DNA of 64,000 nt from an uncultured Chitinophagaceae bacterium (GTDB taxonomy: Bacteria; Bacteroidota; Bacteroidia; Chitinophagales; Chitinophagaceae), in assembly GCA_963728145.1 (NCBI GenBank), contig CAVSJA010000001.1, positions 393,511 to 457,510 of the forward strand, written 5' to 3'. Positions within the stretch are counted from its first letter, which is position 1. Each line of letters opens with the position of its first letter. A program made the translations under genes and the position numbers. Positions 46,618-57,412 of this stretch are shown here, piece by piece. A model generated the notes under the pieces. That model was not told the origin of the DNA, searched no databases, and saw only the letters and a program-made list of their open reading frames with translations.

Positions 46618-49008
46618 GTGTTGCTCCTGGCAGGTTTTCTCGTTGCAAATGCCCAGGAGAGGAAAAATCCCGGAACCGTAGGAATGGTTACTGGTAATCT
46701 GCTCGACGAAAGAAAGAAATCCGTACCAGACGCAACTGTCGAACTCATCCCCTTTAAAGATGGTGCCCAAAAAAAATCAACCTTAACAGATAAGAATGGT
46801 TCGTTTACCATCGATCAGGTCTCATTCGGATATTATAAACTCAGGTTTACTTCAATTGGTTTCAAACCTCTGACCATTGATTCGCTTTATTTCCGTGAAG
46901 AAAGATTTGATTTCAATCTGAATGATATCACCATCGGTTCTTCTGCGGACCAATTGGAGCAGGTAATTGTTTATGCAGAGAAGCCATTAATTCAAAGCAA
47001 GGAAGGCAATATCATCTTCAATGCTGGTGAATCTGCACTTAGTGCAGGTTCCAATGCAAGCGATTTATTGAAGAATGTTCCGTTGGTCGCAACAGATCCT
47101 AACGGAAAGATAACAGTGAGAGGTAAGGAACCAAGAATCCTCATCGATGACAAGCCGGTTGAATTGAATGCACAGCAATTACAGGATTTCCTTGAGTCGA
47201 TGCCCGGAAGTATGATTGAAAGGATCGAAGTAATGACCAATCCTCCACCGCAATATGCAAATGAACAGGGTGGTGTGATCAATATTGTTACCCGTAAGGG
47301 CAAGGTGGGAGTGGGTGGACGAATAGGTATCTATGCAGGTACGAGGGGAGAAGGAGGGGTAAATGGAAATTTCAACTATCGCAAAAAGGGATTAGCAATT
47401 AATTTCCATGCAGGTGCCGGATTCAATCAATGGGAGGGAAATGGCTATTCACGAAGACAAAATCTATATCCAGATTCAACGAATAATTTTAATACGGATA
47501 ATGTTTACCGGAATAAGAACCTTCGTCCAAATGCACGTTTAAGTGTGGACTATGATATCAATGAACGCAATATTATCAATGCAGTTATCCAATATAACCA
47601 GAATGATTTTCGCAATAAAAGTGTTACGCGTTATACGAATATTAACCGTTTTGGAGATATCTACAGACTAAGTGACCGCGCTATAAGTAGCGAAGGTGAG
47701 AATATCAATCCATCCATCAGTCTTACCTATACCCACAAGGGAAAGAAGCCCGGCGAAACCTTAAAGATCTTCACGGGTGGTAACTATTCTTATAATAGAA
47801 ATGATCGGCATTTCTACCAGCAGTTTCTAACTCCTGACGGAAAAACTCCGATCAATGATTCAACCCAAAACCAATTCAACGATAGTTGGAACCATGGATA
47901 TTATGTCCGCGTTCACTACGATAAGCTGTTGGACAATAAAAAAACTTCATTATCGACCGGTGGTAGCTACAATTTTACCAATAGCCATGTGATGCTTTAT
48001 TCAGAATACCTGAAAAAACCAGAAGGCGAGTTTGTACAAAGTGAATTGTTGAGCAATGATTTTCGATTCCGCCAGCGAGTGGCCAATATTCGTTTTTCAA
48101 TGCGCCAGATCATCGTGGAAGGAATGAGCGTAACAGCAGGGGTTACCGCAGAAAACACGAATATCCATTTCGATCTTTATCATTTAAAGGATGAAGTCGA
48201 CAATAATTATGTGACCTGGCTGCCATTTGGAAATTTTAATAAAACCTGGAAGGATGTACTCAATCTTACACTTGCTTATCGTCGCACGATCCGCAGGCCA
48301 GGGATTTATGAACTGAATCCAAGCATTGATTATGGTGATCCGTATAACCTGAGATTTGGAAATCCTACATTGCTTCCTTCAACTGCGCATAATTTCGATC
48401 TCGTTCTGGGTAGAACAAAAGAAAAGTATTATCTGAATTTTGGACTGGGCTATAATCTTGTACAGAATGTATATGCACAGATCCGTTCCTTGCTGCCAGA
48501 AGGAAAAACACAAATAACTTTTCAGAACATAGATGACAGGATGGAATATGAAGTGAGTACCTGGAGCGGATATACCTTCTCAAAAAAGCTAAGGCTTAAT
48601 TTCAGCGCGAGCTATACCTATAATGTGTACAGCGAATTTGATAGAACAGTCTACAAGTACCGAAATGGTGGATCATTGACATCAAACCTGAACATGAATT
48701 TTGCTCCGAAAGATATTTGGAATTTCAATGGCAGCCTCACGCTGAACCGCTTTGCAAATCCACAAGGATTTGTTAGATGGAATACGAGCATGAATCTCGG
48801 CATTCAGCGCAAATTTTTTGCAAAACGATTCATCGTAACCATCAATGCTATCGATCCAATCGTTCAGCAAAAAAATCACACCTATACCTACGCGCCGAAT
48901 TTTATTCATGAATCGTACAGCACAACGAATACGCGGAACTACCGGCTGACACTCACCTATAATTTTGTTCAAAGTAATAAGAAGAAAGCAGCTGAACAGC
49001 AGAAATAA
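46618..49008 (+). CDS. TonB-dependent receptor-like outer membrane beta-barrel protein
   Basis: CarboxypepD_reg-like start (VTGNLLDERKKSVPDATVEL), plug (MIERIEVMTNPPPQY), barrel. An in-frame TTG at 46585 would give a fuller signal peptide (MQRCIRSDRTLVLLLAGFLVANAQ). Confidence 0.8.
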   Translation: MLLLAGFLVANAQERKNPGTVGMVTGNLLDERKKSVPDATVELIPFKDGAQKKSTLTDKNGSFTIDQVSFGYYKLRFTSIGFKPLTIDSLYFREERFDFNLNDITIGSSADQLEQVIVYAEKPLIQSKEGNIIFNAGESALSAGSNASDLLKNVPLVATDPNGKITVRGKEPRILIDDKPVELNAQQLQDFLESMPGSMIERIEVMTNPPPQYANEQGGVINIVTRKGKVGVGGRIGIYAGTRGEGGVNGNFNYRKKGLAINFHAGAGFNQWEGNGYSRRQNLYPDSTNNFNTDNVYRNKNLRPNARLSVDYDINERNIINAVIQYNQNDFRNKSVTRYTNINRFGDIYRLSDRAISSEGENINPSISLTYTHKGKKPGETLKIFTGGNYSYNRNDRHFYQQFLTPDGKTPINDSTQNQFNDSWNHGYYVRVHYDKLLDNKKTSLSTGGSYNFTNSHVMLYSEYLKKPEGEFVQSELLSNDFRFRQRVANIRFSMRQIIVEGMSVTAGVTAENTNIHFDLYHLKDEVDNNYVTWLPFGNFNKTWKDVLNLTLAYRRTIRRPGIYELNPSIDYGDPYNLRFGNPTLLPSTAHNFDLVLGRTKEKYYLNFGLGYNLVQNVYAQIRSLLPEGKTQITFQNIDDRMEYEVSTWSGYTFSKKLRLNFSASYTYNVYSEFDRTVYKYRNGGSLTSNLNMNFAPKDIWNFNGSLTLNRFANPQGFVRWNTSMNLGIQRKFFAKRFIVTINAIDPIVQQKNHTYTYAPNFIHESYSTTNTRNYRLTLTYNFVQSNKKKAAEQQK

Positions 49009-49066
49009 GGATAGGCTAAAGAGCTTGATTCCGCCGAAAGGTTGATGCCTTGGCGGATGCCAGATT

Positions 49067-49394
49067 TTCGTCACGCCAATAATCAATAATCAATAAGTCA
49101 ATAAGTCAATTCTCAAATCAAGGTTCAATGATCATTATTCAAGGCTCAATTTTCACCCGGCAAGGATCAACGGTCAGTAGTCAATGCCCAGTTGGACATT
49201 AAAGTCTAAAAAGGACAAAGAGCGCGAAGGGTAGATGAGTTGAAAGTTGAACCTTGCCTTGATTACCTGCCTGCCGGCAGGCAGGTTGACCCTTGATCCT
49301 TGCCGGGTGATAGTTGAACCTTGAGCGTTGATTGATGAGACTTGATTTGAGAATTGATTATCGAATATTGATTATTGATTATTGGCGTGTCGAA
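49067..49394. repeat. 328-bp composite palindromic (MITE-like) element, copy 1
   Basis: Termini ttcgtcacgccaataatcaataatcaata / tattgattattgattattggcgtgtcgaa. Arms pair internally (tcacccggcaaggatcaa / ttgatccttgccgggtga). 22-nt perfect palindrome at 49265-49286. Confidence 0.85.
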
Positions 49395-49451
49395 TAGCAC
49401 GAATTTGAAAAGGTATCAAGTCACTTGCACCATTTCTTCTTTAAAAGAGTC

Positions 49452-49883
49452 TTAGCTTTTCTGTTCCACCGCTTCCCACTCAAACTTCCAATTCACCTCA
49501 ATATCCGGGTGTATGCTATGGGCCACCGGGCATGTATGCGCTGCTCTTTCCAGAATTACTTTCTGTTTCTCTGCGAGCCGAAGGCTTTCCGGAAAATGAA
49601 AAGTTAAATTTATTCCGCCGACGCGACGCGGTTCTTGCTTCATGATCTTTTCGATTTCTATGCGCGTACCGGCGATATCAGCATCCAGATTCATTTCTCT
49701 TGCACGCATGCCCATTATCGTCATAGCGCATACTCCGAGGGAAGTCGCCATCAGGTCGGTGGGTGAAAAACGTTCGCCTTTCCCATTATTGTCAACCGGC
49801 GCATCTGTTTCAACCTCACTGCCGCTGCGCAGGTGGGTACAAACTGTTCGCAGATTTCCCTCGTATACAACAGTGGATGTCAT
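49452..49883 (-). CDS. OsmC family protein
   Basis: OsmC/Ohr-like fold pattern with SLGVCAMT and AAHTCPVAHS cysteines. Confidence 0.75.
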   Translation of the reverse strand: MTSTVVYEGNLRTVCTHLRSGSEVETDAPVDNNGKGERFSPTDLMATSLGVCAMTIMGMRAREMNLDADIAGTRIEIEKIMKQEPRRVGGINLTFHFPESLRLAEKQKVILERAAHTCPVAHSIHPDIEVNWKFEWEAVEQKS

Positions 49884-49932
49884 GGTGTATTATTTTGCCT
49901 TAAATTTACGTTGAATACTTAAATCATTTTCG

Positions 49933-50733
49933 GTGAAGAAATTCTGTTTGATCCTATTATCTGGTATCCTTTCACTTCCCTTATTCGCCCAGGACAGTAC
50001 CGCCTCGAAAAGGCTTACAAAAGCGCAGAAAAAAGAGGCAAAGAGAGAGCGCATCAATATGCTGATAAGACAGGAAGAAGAAGGAGAACTCGTGTTTCGT
50101 AAACAAAGCGCCTTCGGGTTCAAGATGAACTCAGATGGATACGGGTTTTCATACGAGTGGGGCAAGTTCAAAAGTCCCAGGAAAACCACTTTGGTAATGT
50201 TAGAATGGAATGAACGCAAACATCAAAAGGAAAAAAAGCTGGCCGCGTTCTTCAATGGATTCCAGTTTAATTCAGTCGTTTACGGTAAAGCAAATAATTT
50301 CTATCAATTCAAACTTGGACTGGGTCAGCAAAGGATAATTGGAGGTAAAGGGAACAAGAATGGTGTGGCAGTGGCGGCAGTCTATGCTGCAGGAATTTCA
50401 GCCGGCTTTGTCAAGCCATATTTTGTAGATGTGGAAGATAACAACGGTCTAAGGACAAGAAAGACCTATCCAACCATAATCGACAGTGGCTATCTTGAAT
50501 TAGGTGCATCCGGTTTTACTGTTGGATGGAACCAGGTGAAGGTTCGTCCCGGAGCGCACGTGAAAGCCGCCCTACGTTTTGATTACGGACGATTCAATGA
50601 AACTGTTACTGCAATCGAAGCCGGATTGGTTTGCGAGTTTTATAGCAACAAGATCCCGCAGGTCGTATATAATGAAGAGAAACAGTTCTTCTTCAACGCC
50701 TATGTCTCTATACTTCTCGGTAAGCGAAAGTGA
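49933..50733 (+). CDS. secreted or outer-membrane hypothetical protein
   Basis: GTG start, signal peptide ending LFAQ, Lys-rich segment then beta-rich body. Confidence 0.5.
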   Translation: MKKFCLILLSGILSLPLFAQDSTASKRLTKAQKKEAKRERINMLIRQEEEGELVFRKQSAFGFKMNSDGYGFSYEWGKFKSPRKTTLVMLEWNERKHQKEKKLAAFFNGFQFNSVVYGKANNFYQFKLGLGQQRIIGGKGNKNGVAVAAVYAAGISAGFVKPYFVDVEDNNGLRTRKTYPTIIDSGYLELGASGFTVGWNQVKVRPGAHVKAALRFDYGRFNETVTAIEAGLVCEFYSNKIPQVVYNEEKQFFFNAYVSILLGKRK

Positions 50734-50844
50734 CGTATTTTTGGACCAGGATTTTAAACGATTAAGCTGATTGGCCTGATTGATTGAACAACAATTAGCT
50801 AGATTCTGTTATGAACATTGGACAGAAAGAATCAATTTGAAAAC

Positions 50845-51762
50845 ATGGACGAATTACCTCTAATCAATCCAGCTCAAAAAAATAAGAAACCGAATTGGCT
50901 AAGGGTTAAGTTGCCGACTGGCGAGAACTATCGTCATGTCCGAAATCTCGTTGATACGCATAAGCTCCATACCATTTGTGAAAGTGGAAATTGTCCCAAT
51001 ATGGGAGAGTGCTGGGGAGAGGGAACTGCCACATTCATGATCCTTGGGAATGTTTGTACAAGAAGCTGTGGATTTTGTGCGGTGGCAACAGGCAGACCCG
51101 AACCGGTTGATTGGGATGAACCACAGCGAGTGGCTGAGGCAATCCATCTGATGAAAGTAAAGCATGCCGTGATCACCTCAGTTGATCGCGATGAATTGAA
51201 AGACGGAGGAAGCATTATCTGGCAAAACACGATTCGCGCGGTAAAGGCATTGAACCCAACTACTACATTAGAAACATTGATCCCGGATTTCAAGGGCCAG
51301 AAAGAAAATATTCAACGGATCATTGAAGCTGCACCCGAAGTTGTTTCGCATAATATTGAAACAGTAGAAAGATTGACCCGCCAGGTAAGGATACAGGCAA
51401 AATACTGGAGAAGCATGGAAGTACTTCAAATACTGAAGCTCGGAGGGATGCGTACAAAGAGTGGAATAATGCTGGGACTGGGAGAGGCGAGGGAAGAAGT
51501 GATCCAAACCATGAAAGATCTATATAATAGTGGCGTGGATGTGATCACCATCGGACAGTACCTTCAACCAACACCCAAACATTTACCAGTATTTCGTTTC
51601 GTGCATCCGGATGAATTCGCGGAATATCGTCAAATCGGTTATGAGTTGGGGTTTGATTATGTTGAAAGCGGTCCGCTCGTTCGTTCTTCTTATCATAGTG
51701 ATAAGCATGTGATACCTGGATACGGTAGAGAAATTTGGAATAAACAAGATCTTCGAACCTGA
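50845..51762 (+). CDS. lipA: lipoyl synthase
   Basis: [12 protein letters not shown] auxiliary cluster and radical-SAM [13 protein letters not shown] at 50845 is preferred to the TTG at 50818. Confidence 0.95.
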   Translation: MDELPLINPAQKNKKPNWLRVKLPTGENYRHVRNLVDTHKLHTICESGNCPNMGECWGEGTATFMILGNVCTRSCGFCAVATGRPEPVDWDEPQRVAEAIHLMKVKHAVITSVDRDELKDGGSIIWQNTIRAVKALNPTTTLETLIPDFKGQKENIQRIIEAAPEVVSHNIETVERLTRQVRIQAKYWRSMEVLQILKLGGMRTKSGIMLGLGEAREEVIQTMKDLYNSGVDVITIGQYLQPTPKHLPVFRFVHPDEFAEYRQIGYELGFDYVESGPLVRSSYHSDKHVIPGYGREIWNKQDLRT

Positions 51763-51765
51763 ATC

Positions 51766-51842
51766 CTCCGCGTCCTTCGCGCCTTTGCGGTTTCCCCAAC
51801 GCCGCAATAGAGGATAACCGCAAAGGCGCGAAGGACGCGGAG
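51766..51842 (+). terminator. 25-bp perfect-stem hairpin directly after lipA
   Basis: ctccgcgtccttcgcgcctttgcgg (51766-51790) and its exact reverse complement (51818-51842), 27-nt loop, followed by tttgaatt. Confidence 0.6.
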
Positions 51843-51872
51843 TTTGAATTAGGTAATAGCTATTTTCGCTCG

Positions 51873-52826
51873 ATGAAATTTCTCTTAGTCTTCCTACTCC
51901 TGTCTGCTACTAACTGCCTTGCCCAACTCACCTGGAAAAGAGTAGACAAAGAATTCGGTTATCTCCCCAAATCAATAAAAGTTTTTAAAACGACCGATTC
52001 ATTAAACGGCAGGCCGTTCATTGCTTATTATATCGAAGCAAACCTGAAGGATCGCAATATCGAGTTCACAACACAGGTAGGGTATGGAAAAAGAAATACA
52101 CCGGGTGAATATTATTCCCGCGAAGATTCACCGCATATCGTTGTGAATGGAACATTCTTTTCTTTCGAAACGAACCAGAACCTGAACCTGATCATAAAAA
52201 ATGGAAGATTGGAGGCATATAACACACCGGCTTTGAAAAGCAGGAATAGTGATTCATTTTATTATCCAACACGAAGTGCAATAGGGATTTCAAAGAAAAG
52301 AAAGGCAGATGTTGCCTGGTTGTTCACCGATACGACCGAAAGATGGCCATATGCATTTCAAATTGATCCTATTGTCGCAAAAGGAAAAACTGCGGACCCT
52401 AAATTCGAAGACCTGAACACCTTAGACTACTGGAGATGGTGGAAAATGCAAACCGCGATTGGCGGCGGACCTGTTTTGCTGCAAAAAGGAGAAGTGAATA
52501 TTACCAATAAGGAAGAACAACTTTTTGTAAATGGACTCAACGACCTGCATCCTCGTACCGCAATGGGCTACACGAAAAAAAAGAAGCTGATCATTTTGGT
52601 AATACAAGGCCGTTTTCCCGGAACTGCTGAAGGCGCAAGTCTCGAAGAAGAAGCGAAGATCCTGAAAGACCTTAAATGTGTTGAAGCATTAAATCTCGAC
52701 GGAGGCGGAAGCAGTTGCATGCTCATCAACGGAAAAGAAACCATCAAACCATCTGATAAAACCGGCCAGCGACCAATTCCAGGAGTATTTATTATTAGGA
52801 GCAAGGAGACGATTAATATTTACTAG
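51873..52826 (+). CDS. phosphodiester glycosidase (NAGPA/DUF2233) family protein
   Basis: IGGGPVLL and NLDGGGSS motifs, signal peptide. Confidence 0.7.
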   Translation: MKFLLVFLLLSATNCLAQLTWKRVDKEFGYLPKSIKVFKTTDSLNGRPFIAYYIEANLKDRNIEFTTQVGYGKRNTPGEYYSREDSPHIVVNGTFFSFETNQNLNLIIKNGRLEAYNTPALKSRNSDSFYYPTRSAIGISKKRKADVAWLFTDTTERWPYAFQIDPIVAKGKTADPKFEDLNTLDYWRWWKMQTAIGGGPVLLQKGEVNITNKEEQLFVNGLNDLHPRTAMGYTKKKKLIILVIQGRFPGTAEGASLEEEAKILKDLKCVEALNLDGGGSSCMLINGKETIKPSDKTGQRPIPGVFIIRSKETINIY

Positions 52827-53148
52827 AACAGTAGAACAATGAATTTACAATTTCCATCGGAGGGTTTTGTTACTGAAGGGGATAAGAGTTCCTTAGTTTC
52901 GTCGTCCCGAAATTTCTATTCAACAGAAGAACAGATGAACAAGGAATGATCAATTTCCATCGGATGTTTCTCCAATATTTTTAGAATTCGTTTTGTCTTC
53001 CGTTTCATTCAGTAGACAACCCTCCGATGGAAATTGATCATTCCTTGTTCATCTGTTCTTCTGTTGAATTGAGGATTCGAGACTTTGAACCCTCATCGAG
53101 CTAATTGAAATAGACGAATCCTTTCGATGTAAATTCCTTGTTCTACTC
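52824..53148. repeat. nested GAACAG-word inverted repeat with 47-bp perfect arms
   Basis: 52918-52964 is the exact reverse complement of 53023-53069. Outer imperfect arms lie at 52831-52864 and 53125-53146. Confidence 0.9.
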
Positions 53149-53149
53149 T

Positions 53150-54133
53150 TCAATTCATCTCCCACACAAGCGCACTTGCACCCAAAATTGCGGCATCTGA
53201 TTCTTTCAAGTGACTTACGAGTATCTTCACCTTGTTCTGAAACACCTGGATCAAGTTTTCTTCCATATGTTCACGCGTGGGTTTGAGAATCAGATCTCCG
53301 GCTTTTGTCAAGCCGCCGAATAAGATGATTGCTTCGGGACTTGAGAACATTACAAAGTTTGCCAATGCAAGTCCTAAAATCTTTCCAGTATAGTCAAAGA
53401 TTTCTTTTGCGAGTTCATCGCCTTCCATAGCGGCGTCATAAACTGCTTTTGAATCCAACTTGTCTTTCGGAACCTTTCTCAACAAACTTGCCTTCTTACT
53501 TTTTTCCAGCATTTCCTGCGCAGTAAGCATCACACCAGTTGCTGAAGCATAACTTTCCAATGAACCATGTTTTCCTGTGCCACTGTGCAGTCTTCCATCC
53601 GGAATAATGATCGTATGACCCAATTCGCCGGCAAATCCATCATGTCCATAGATCAGGTGACCATTGGCAACGATCCCACTTCCGACACCGGTTCCCAATG
53701 TGATCATGATAAAATCTTTCATCCCTTTCGCTGCGCCATACATCATTTCACCCAGCGCTGCTGCATTTGCATCGTTGGTGAGCACGACCGGAAGCTTGAA
53801 TTTATTTTCAATAAGCTTTGCCAGGGGAATGACGCCTTTCCAGGGAAGGTTCGGTGCGTATTCGATTGTTCCCGTATAGTAGTTACCGTTAGGAGCACCG
53901 ACACCAATTCCTTTTATCCTGCCAATGCCACCAGCTTTTTGTATCAGCTGGTCCAGGTTTGCGTGAAGGTCGTCGATAAATCCTTCTATCCCGGGATGCT
54001 TCCGTGTTGAAATATCACTGGAGAAAAGAAGATTTCCGTTACGATCAACGATACCAAATTTTGTTCCTGTACCACCGATATCGATCCCGATCGCCAATGG
54101 ATCAATGATTGATGTCGCTTTAGCTTTTGCCAT
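53150..54133 (-). CDS. ROK family sugar kinase (glucokinase-like)
   Basis: IGIDIGGTGTKFG ATP site, ROK signature LGTGVGSGIV...GFAGELGH. Confidence 0.85.
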   Translation of the reverse strand: MAKAKATSIIDPLAIGIDIGGTGTKFGIVDRNGNLLFSSDISTRKHPGIEGFIDDLHANLDQLIQKAGGIGRIKGIGVGAPNGNYYTGTIEYAPNLPWKGVIPLAKLIENKFKLPVVLTNDANAAALGEMMYGAAKGMKDFIMITLGTGVGSGIVANGHLIYGHDGFAGELGHTIIIPDGRLHSGTGKHGSLESYASATGVMLTAQEMLEKSKKASLLRKVPKDKLDSKAVYDAAMEGDELAKEIFDYTGKILGLALANFVMFSSPEAIILFGGLTKAGDLILKPTREHMEENLIQVFQNKVKILVSHLKESDAAILGASALVWEMN

Positions 54134-54160
54134 ATTGACTAAATAGTTAGTAAGACCTCA

Positions 54161-55849
54161 TCAATGCCCGCCTCCAATCATTCTATCGAAATCAATTCCT
54201 TGTTTTCTTAAAATACCTTTTACTCTCCATCCGAAGAATGCGAGATAAGCAAAACATGCCACCGTGATCCAGTAAGATTCGTGGATTCCAATTATGTCAG
54301 CAAGTTTTCCCTGAATTGGTGGAATAATCGCGCCGCCCAATATCATCATGATTAGGAATGCCGACCCTTGAGTTGTATACTTGCCCAGACCTGCAATTGA
54401 CAATGAGAAGATACAAGGCCACATGATAGAACACCAAAGTCCACCGCTTAGAAATGCGTAGATTGAAATCTCTCCTGTGGTGAATAATCCAACCAGCATA
54501 GCGGCCATGCCAAGCAAACTGAAAACTATCAAAGTCAAAGCTGGTTTTTCCTGTGTAATGTAAAAGCCCGCAATCAGGACAAGTACGACCACAACGTACC
54601 AGTATAAAGGAGACATATCATTCTTCGCTATCGTATTCACACCGATTACTATACCAAAAGCAACCAACGGAACAATCGCAAGAAGAATATTTTTCATCGA
54701 TTTTGATGGATCGAAAACCGGAATGGCTCCGGCCCATCTGCCAATCATCAGGCTACCCCAGTACATCGAGATATACGGTGCCATTTGTGCGGCTTGAATG
54801 TTTCCAAATTCGTTTTGCTTGAATAGCTCCCCAAGGTTGCTTGCGATGGCAACTTCAACACCGACATAGGTAAAAATTCCCAACATGCCCAATACCAATT
54901 GCGGATACCGCATTCCACCCCAACCCTCACTTTTTCTTTTCGCACTTAAATTTGAAATGAGCAAACCAAATACAACTACTCCAAGTGCACCAAGCAGCCA
55001 TTTGAGCCTGTAAATCTCCAGCGCATGCTTTTCATCATCATTTGCCGGGAGTGTTTTATAACTATCAAATACAGGAATGAAGAGAGCAATCAACAGGATC
55101 GTGATAATTATCATTGTCACTGTCGCTTTCTTTGATTTTTCAATGTCGGCATCTGAAGTTCCTGCGGGTAACTTTTTTGAGAAGATGAATAATAATGCCG
55201 CAAGCAGGAATAAAGCTCCAACACAAACATATAAGATCGTTACCTTATCCAGGTTCAAAGATGCAATTTGTTCATCCGTAACCGTGGTTGATCCGAAAAG
55301 TGCAAGTGTGACAACGATGGGTCCGATCATAGTTCCAAATGAATTCACACCACCACCAAGGTTCACCCTGTGTGATCCTGTAGAAGGATCTCCCAGTGCA
55401 ATCGAAAAAGGCTGCGCACCGGTTTGTTGCAGTGAAAAACCTAAAGCGACAATGAATAATGATGTTAATATTGCCGAGAATCCACTGTAGTTTACCGAAA
55501 TCACCATGGCCACTGCACCTAGCACGGATAATAATAAACCATAAATGATTCCTTTCTTATATCCCCATTGTGCCATTACATCCTTTCCACGCCCAACACT
55601 GATCAGGTAGAGAAATAATGCGCCAATATAATAAGCTCCGTAAAATGCGAAGTCAATCAACTGCGATTGAAACTGGTCTAATTTGAAAAAGTGCTTACAG
55701 AAGGGAATAAAAATGCTATTAGAAGCTGCAATAAATCCCCAAAAGAAAAATACAGTAACCAGTGTGCCTAATGCACCATAATTTGTTGGCTGTTTGGTTG
55801 TGGTTTGACCGGTGAGGATATCAGAAGTTCTTGCTGTGTCCATAAGCAA
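54161..55849 (-). CDS. sugar MFS transporter (FucP/glucose-galactose type, extended)
   Basis: 12+ TM helices, N-terminal [16 protein letters not shown] typical of the FucP/GluP family. 27-nt gap to the ROK kinase gene. Confidence 0.7.
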   Translation of the reverse strand: MLMDTARTSDILTGQTTTKQPTNYGALGTLVTVFFFWGFIAASNSIFIPFCKHFFKLDQFQSQLIDFAFYGAYYIGALFLYLISVGRGKDVMAQWGYKKGIIYGLLLSVLGAVAMVISVNYSGFSAILTSLFIVALGFSLQQTGAQPFSIALGDPSTGSHRVNLGGGVNSFGTMIGPIVVTLALFGSTTVTDEQIASLNLDKVTILYVCVGALFLLAALLFIFSKKLPAGTSDADIEKSKKATVTMIIITILLIALFIPVFDSYKTLPANDDEKHALEIYRLKWLLGALGVVVFGLLISNLSAKRKSEGWGGMRYPQLVLGMLGIFTYVGVEVAIASNLGELFKQNEFGNIQAAQMAPYISMYWGSLMIGRWAGAIPVFDPSKSMKNILLAIVPLVAFGIVIGVNTIAKNDMSPLYWYVVVVLVLIAGFYITQEKPALTLIVFSLLGMAAMLVGLFTTGEISIYAFLSGGLWCSIMWPCIFSLSIAGLGKYTTQGSAFLIMMILGGAIIPPIQGKLADIIGIHESYWITVACFAYLAFFGWRVKGILRKQGIDFDRMIGGGH

Positions 55850-55967
55850 TCGGTTGGTTTAAATGAATGCTGAAAGTAATTAGTTTTTATCAAGCGGAAA
55901 ATTTTTTCATTGACTACTATTTAGTTGTATATTGAACGGACATTTTCCTATACGTCAAACCGGTTGA

Positions 55968-57383
55968 ATGGAGATACTTCATGTTAGCGCGGAATGCTAT
56001 CCCGTAGCAAAGGCAGGAGGTTTGGGTGATGTGGTGGGAGCTTTACCAAAATATCTCAATGGTCTGGGGCATATCGCAAAAGTGGTAATGCCCATGTATC
56101 GCACTAAATTCCTTTATAACAATTCCTGGGAAGTCGTTCACAAAGGTGGAACGCATATGGGAAACTGGTGGTTTGAATTTACAGTTATCCGCGAAGCCAC
56201 CAATAAACTCGGCTTCGATCTTTATCTCGTTGACATCAATGGCTTGCTGGATCGTGAAAAAGTGTATGGCTATGATGACGATTCAGAACGCTTCACTGCA
56301 TTTCAAATCGCAGTTTGTGATTGGGTCGCCAATTGGAAACATCAACCTGATTTGATCCAGGTACACGATCATCACACAGCGCTGATCCCTTTTATGATCA
56401 AGCATTGTTTTAAGTTCTCAAGCATAAAGAATATCCCAACTGTACTCACTATCCATAACGGCGAATACCAGGGATGGATGGATTGGAGCAAGAGCATCCT
56501 TATTCCGCCCTGGGACACCTGGAAATGGGGAATACTCGATTGGAAAGGATTGATCAATCCATTGGCCAGTGGTATTCGCTGTGCATGGAAAGTAACTACG
56601 GTTAGTCCAAGCTATTTAGAAGAACTCAAGTATTCTGCCAATGGACTAGAAGCATTGTTTGAATACGAAAAAGGAAAATGTTCTGGTATATTGAACGGGA
56701 TTGATGTACATGTCTGGGATCCGAAGATTGATACATATATTGATGAACATTTTTCCGTCAAAGACGTTGAAGCCGGTAAGGCAAAAAACAAAAATATCCT
56801 TTGCGAGCAGTTCGGTTTGGATTTTGAAAAACCATTGATCGTTTTTATCGGCCGATTAGTGGGAGAAAAAGGAGCCGATCTATTACCACAGGCTATCCGC
56901 GATAGTTTTTATCATGTGGGGAGAAGGAGTTGTTTTCTTATCCTTGGCAGCGGACAACCAGACGTGGAAGCAGGACTGGCTTCTTTAAAACCTTTGTCGC
57001 AATACGATTACAATGTGTATATTGGTTATAATGAATCCCTAAGTCACCTGATGTATGCTGGCGCGGATTTTTTATTAATGCCTTCCCGTGTAGAACCCTG
57101 TGGATTGAACCAGATGTATTCGATGAGATATGGTACTGTGCCGATGGTACGGCGCACTGGAGGTTTAAGGGATACCGTGATTGATATTGGTGATAAAGGA
57201 GGATATGGCATTTGTTATGACCAGGCAACCGTGGGTGATATTAGTCACGCTATCTGGCGCGCCGCGGAATTGTATAAGGACAAAAGGAAGTTTATCAGTG
57301 TCCGGGAAAAAATGATGAACCTGGATTTCAGTTGGGAAACCAGTGTACAGAAATATATAAGCCTGTATGAAAGCCTGAAATAG
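55968..57383 (+). CDS. glgA: glycogen/starch synthase (GT5)
   Basis: KAGGLGDVVGALP motif, SRVEPCGLNQMYSMRYGTVP. Confidence 0.9.
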   Translation: MEILHVSAECYPVAKAGGLGDVVGALPKYLNGLGHIAKVVMPMYRTKFLYNNSWEVVHKGGTHMGNWWFEFTVIREATNKLGFDLYLVDINGLLDREKVYGYDDDSERFTAFQIAVCDWVANWKHQPDLIQVHDHHTALIPFMIKHCFKFSSIKNIPTVLTIHNGEYQGWMDWSKSILIPPWDTWKWGILDWKGLINPLASGIRCAWKVTTVSPSYLEELKYSANGLEALFEYEKGKCSGILNGIDVHVWDPKIDTYIDEHFSVKDVEAGKAKNKNILCEQFGLDFEKPLIVFIGRLVGEKGADLLPQAIRDSFYHVGRRSCFLILGSGQPDVEAGLASLKPLSQYDYNVYIGYNESLSHLMYAGADFLLMPSRVEPCGLNQMYSMRYGTVPMVRRTGGLRDTVIDIGDKGGYGICYDQATVGDISHAIWRAAELYKDKRKFISVREKMMNLDFSWETSVQKYISLYESLK

Positions 57384-57412
57384 ATTGTTGCGCGTATCAA
57401 AACTTATTTCTT

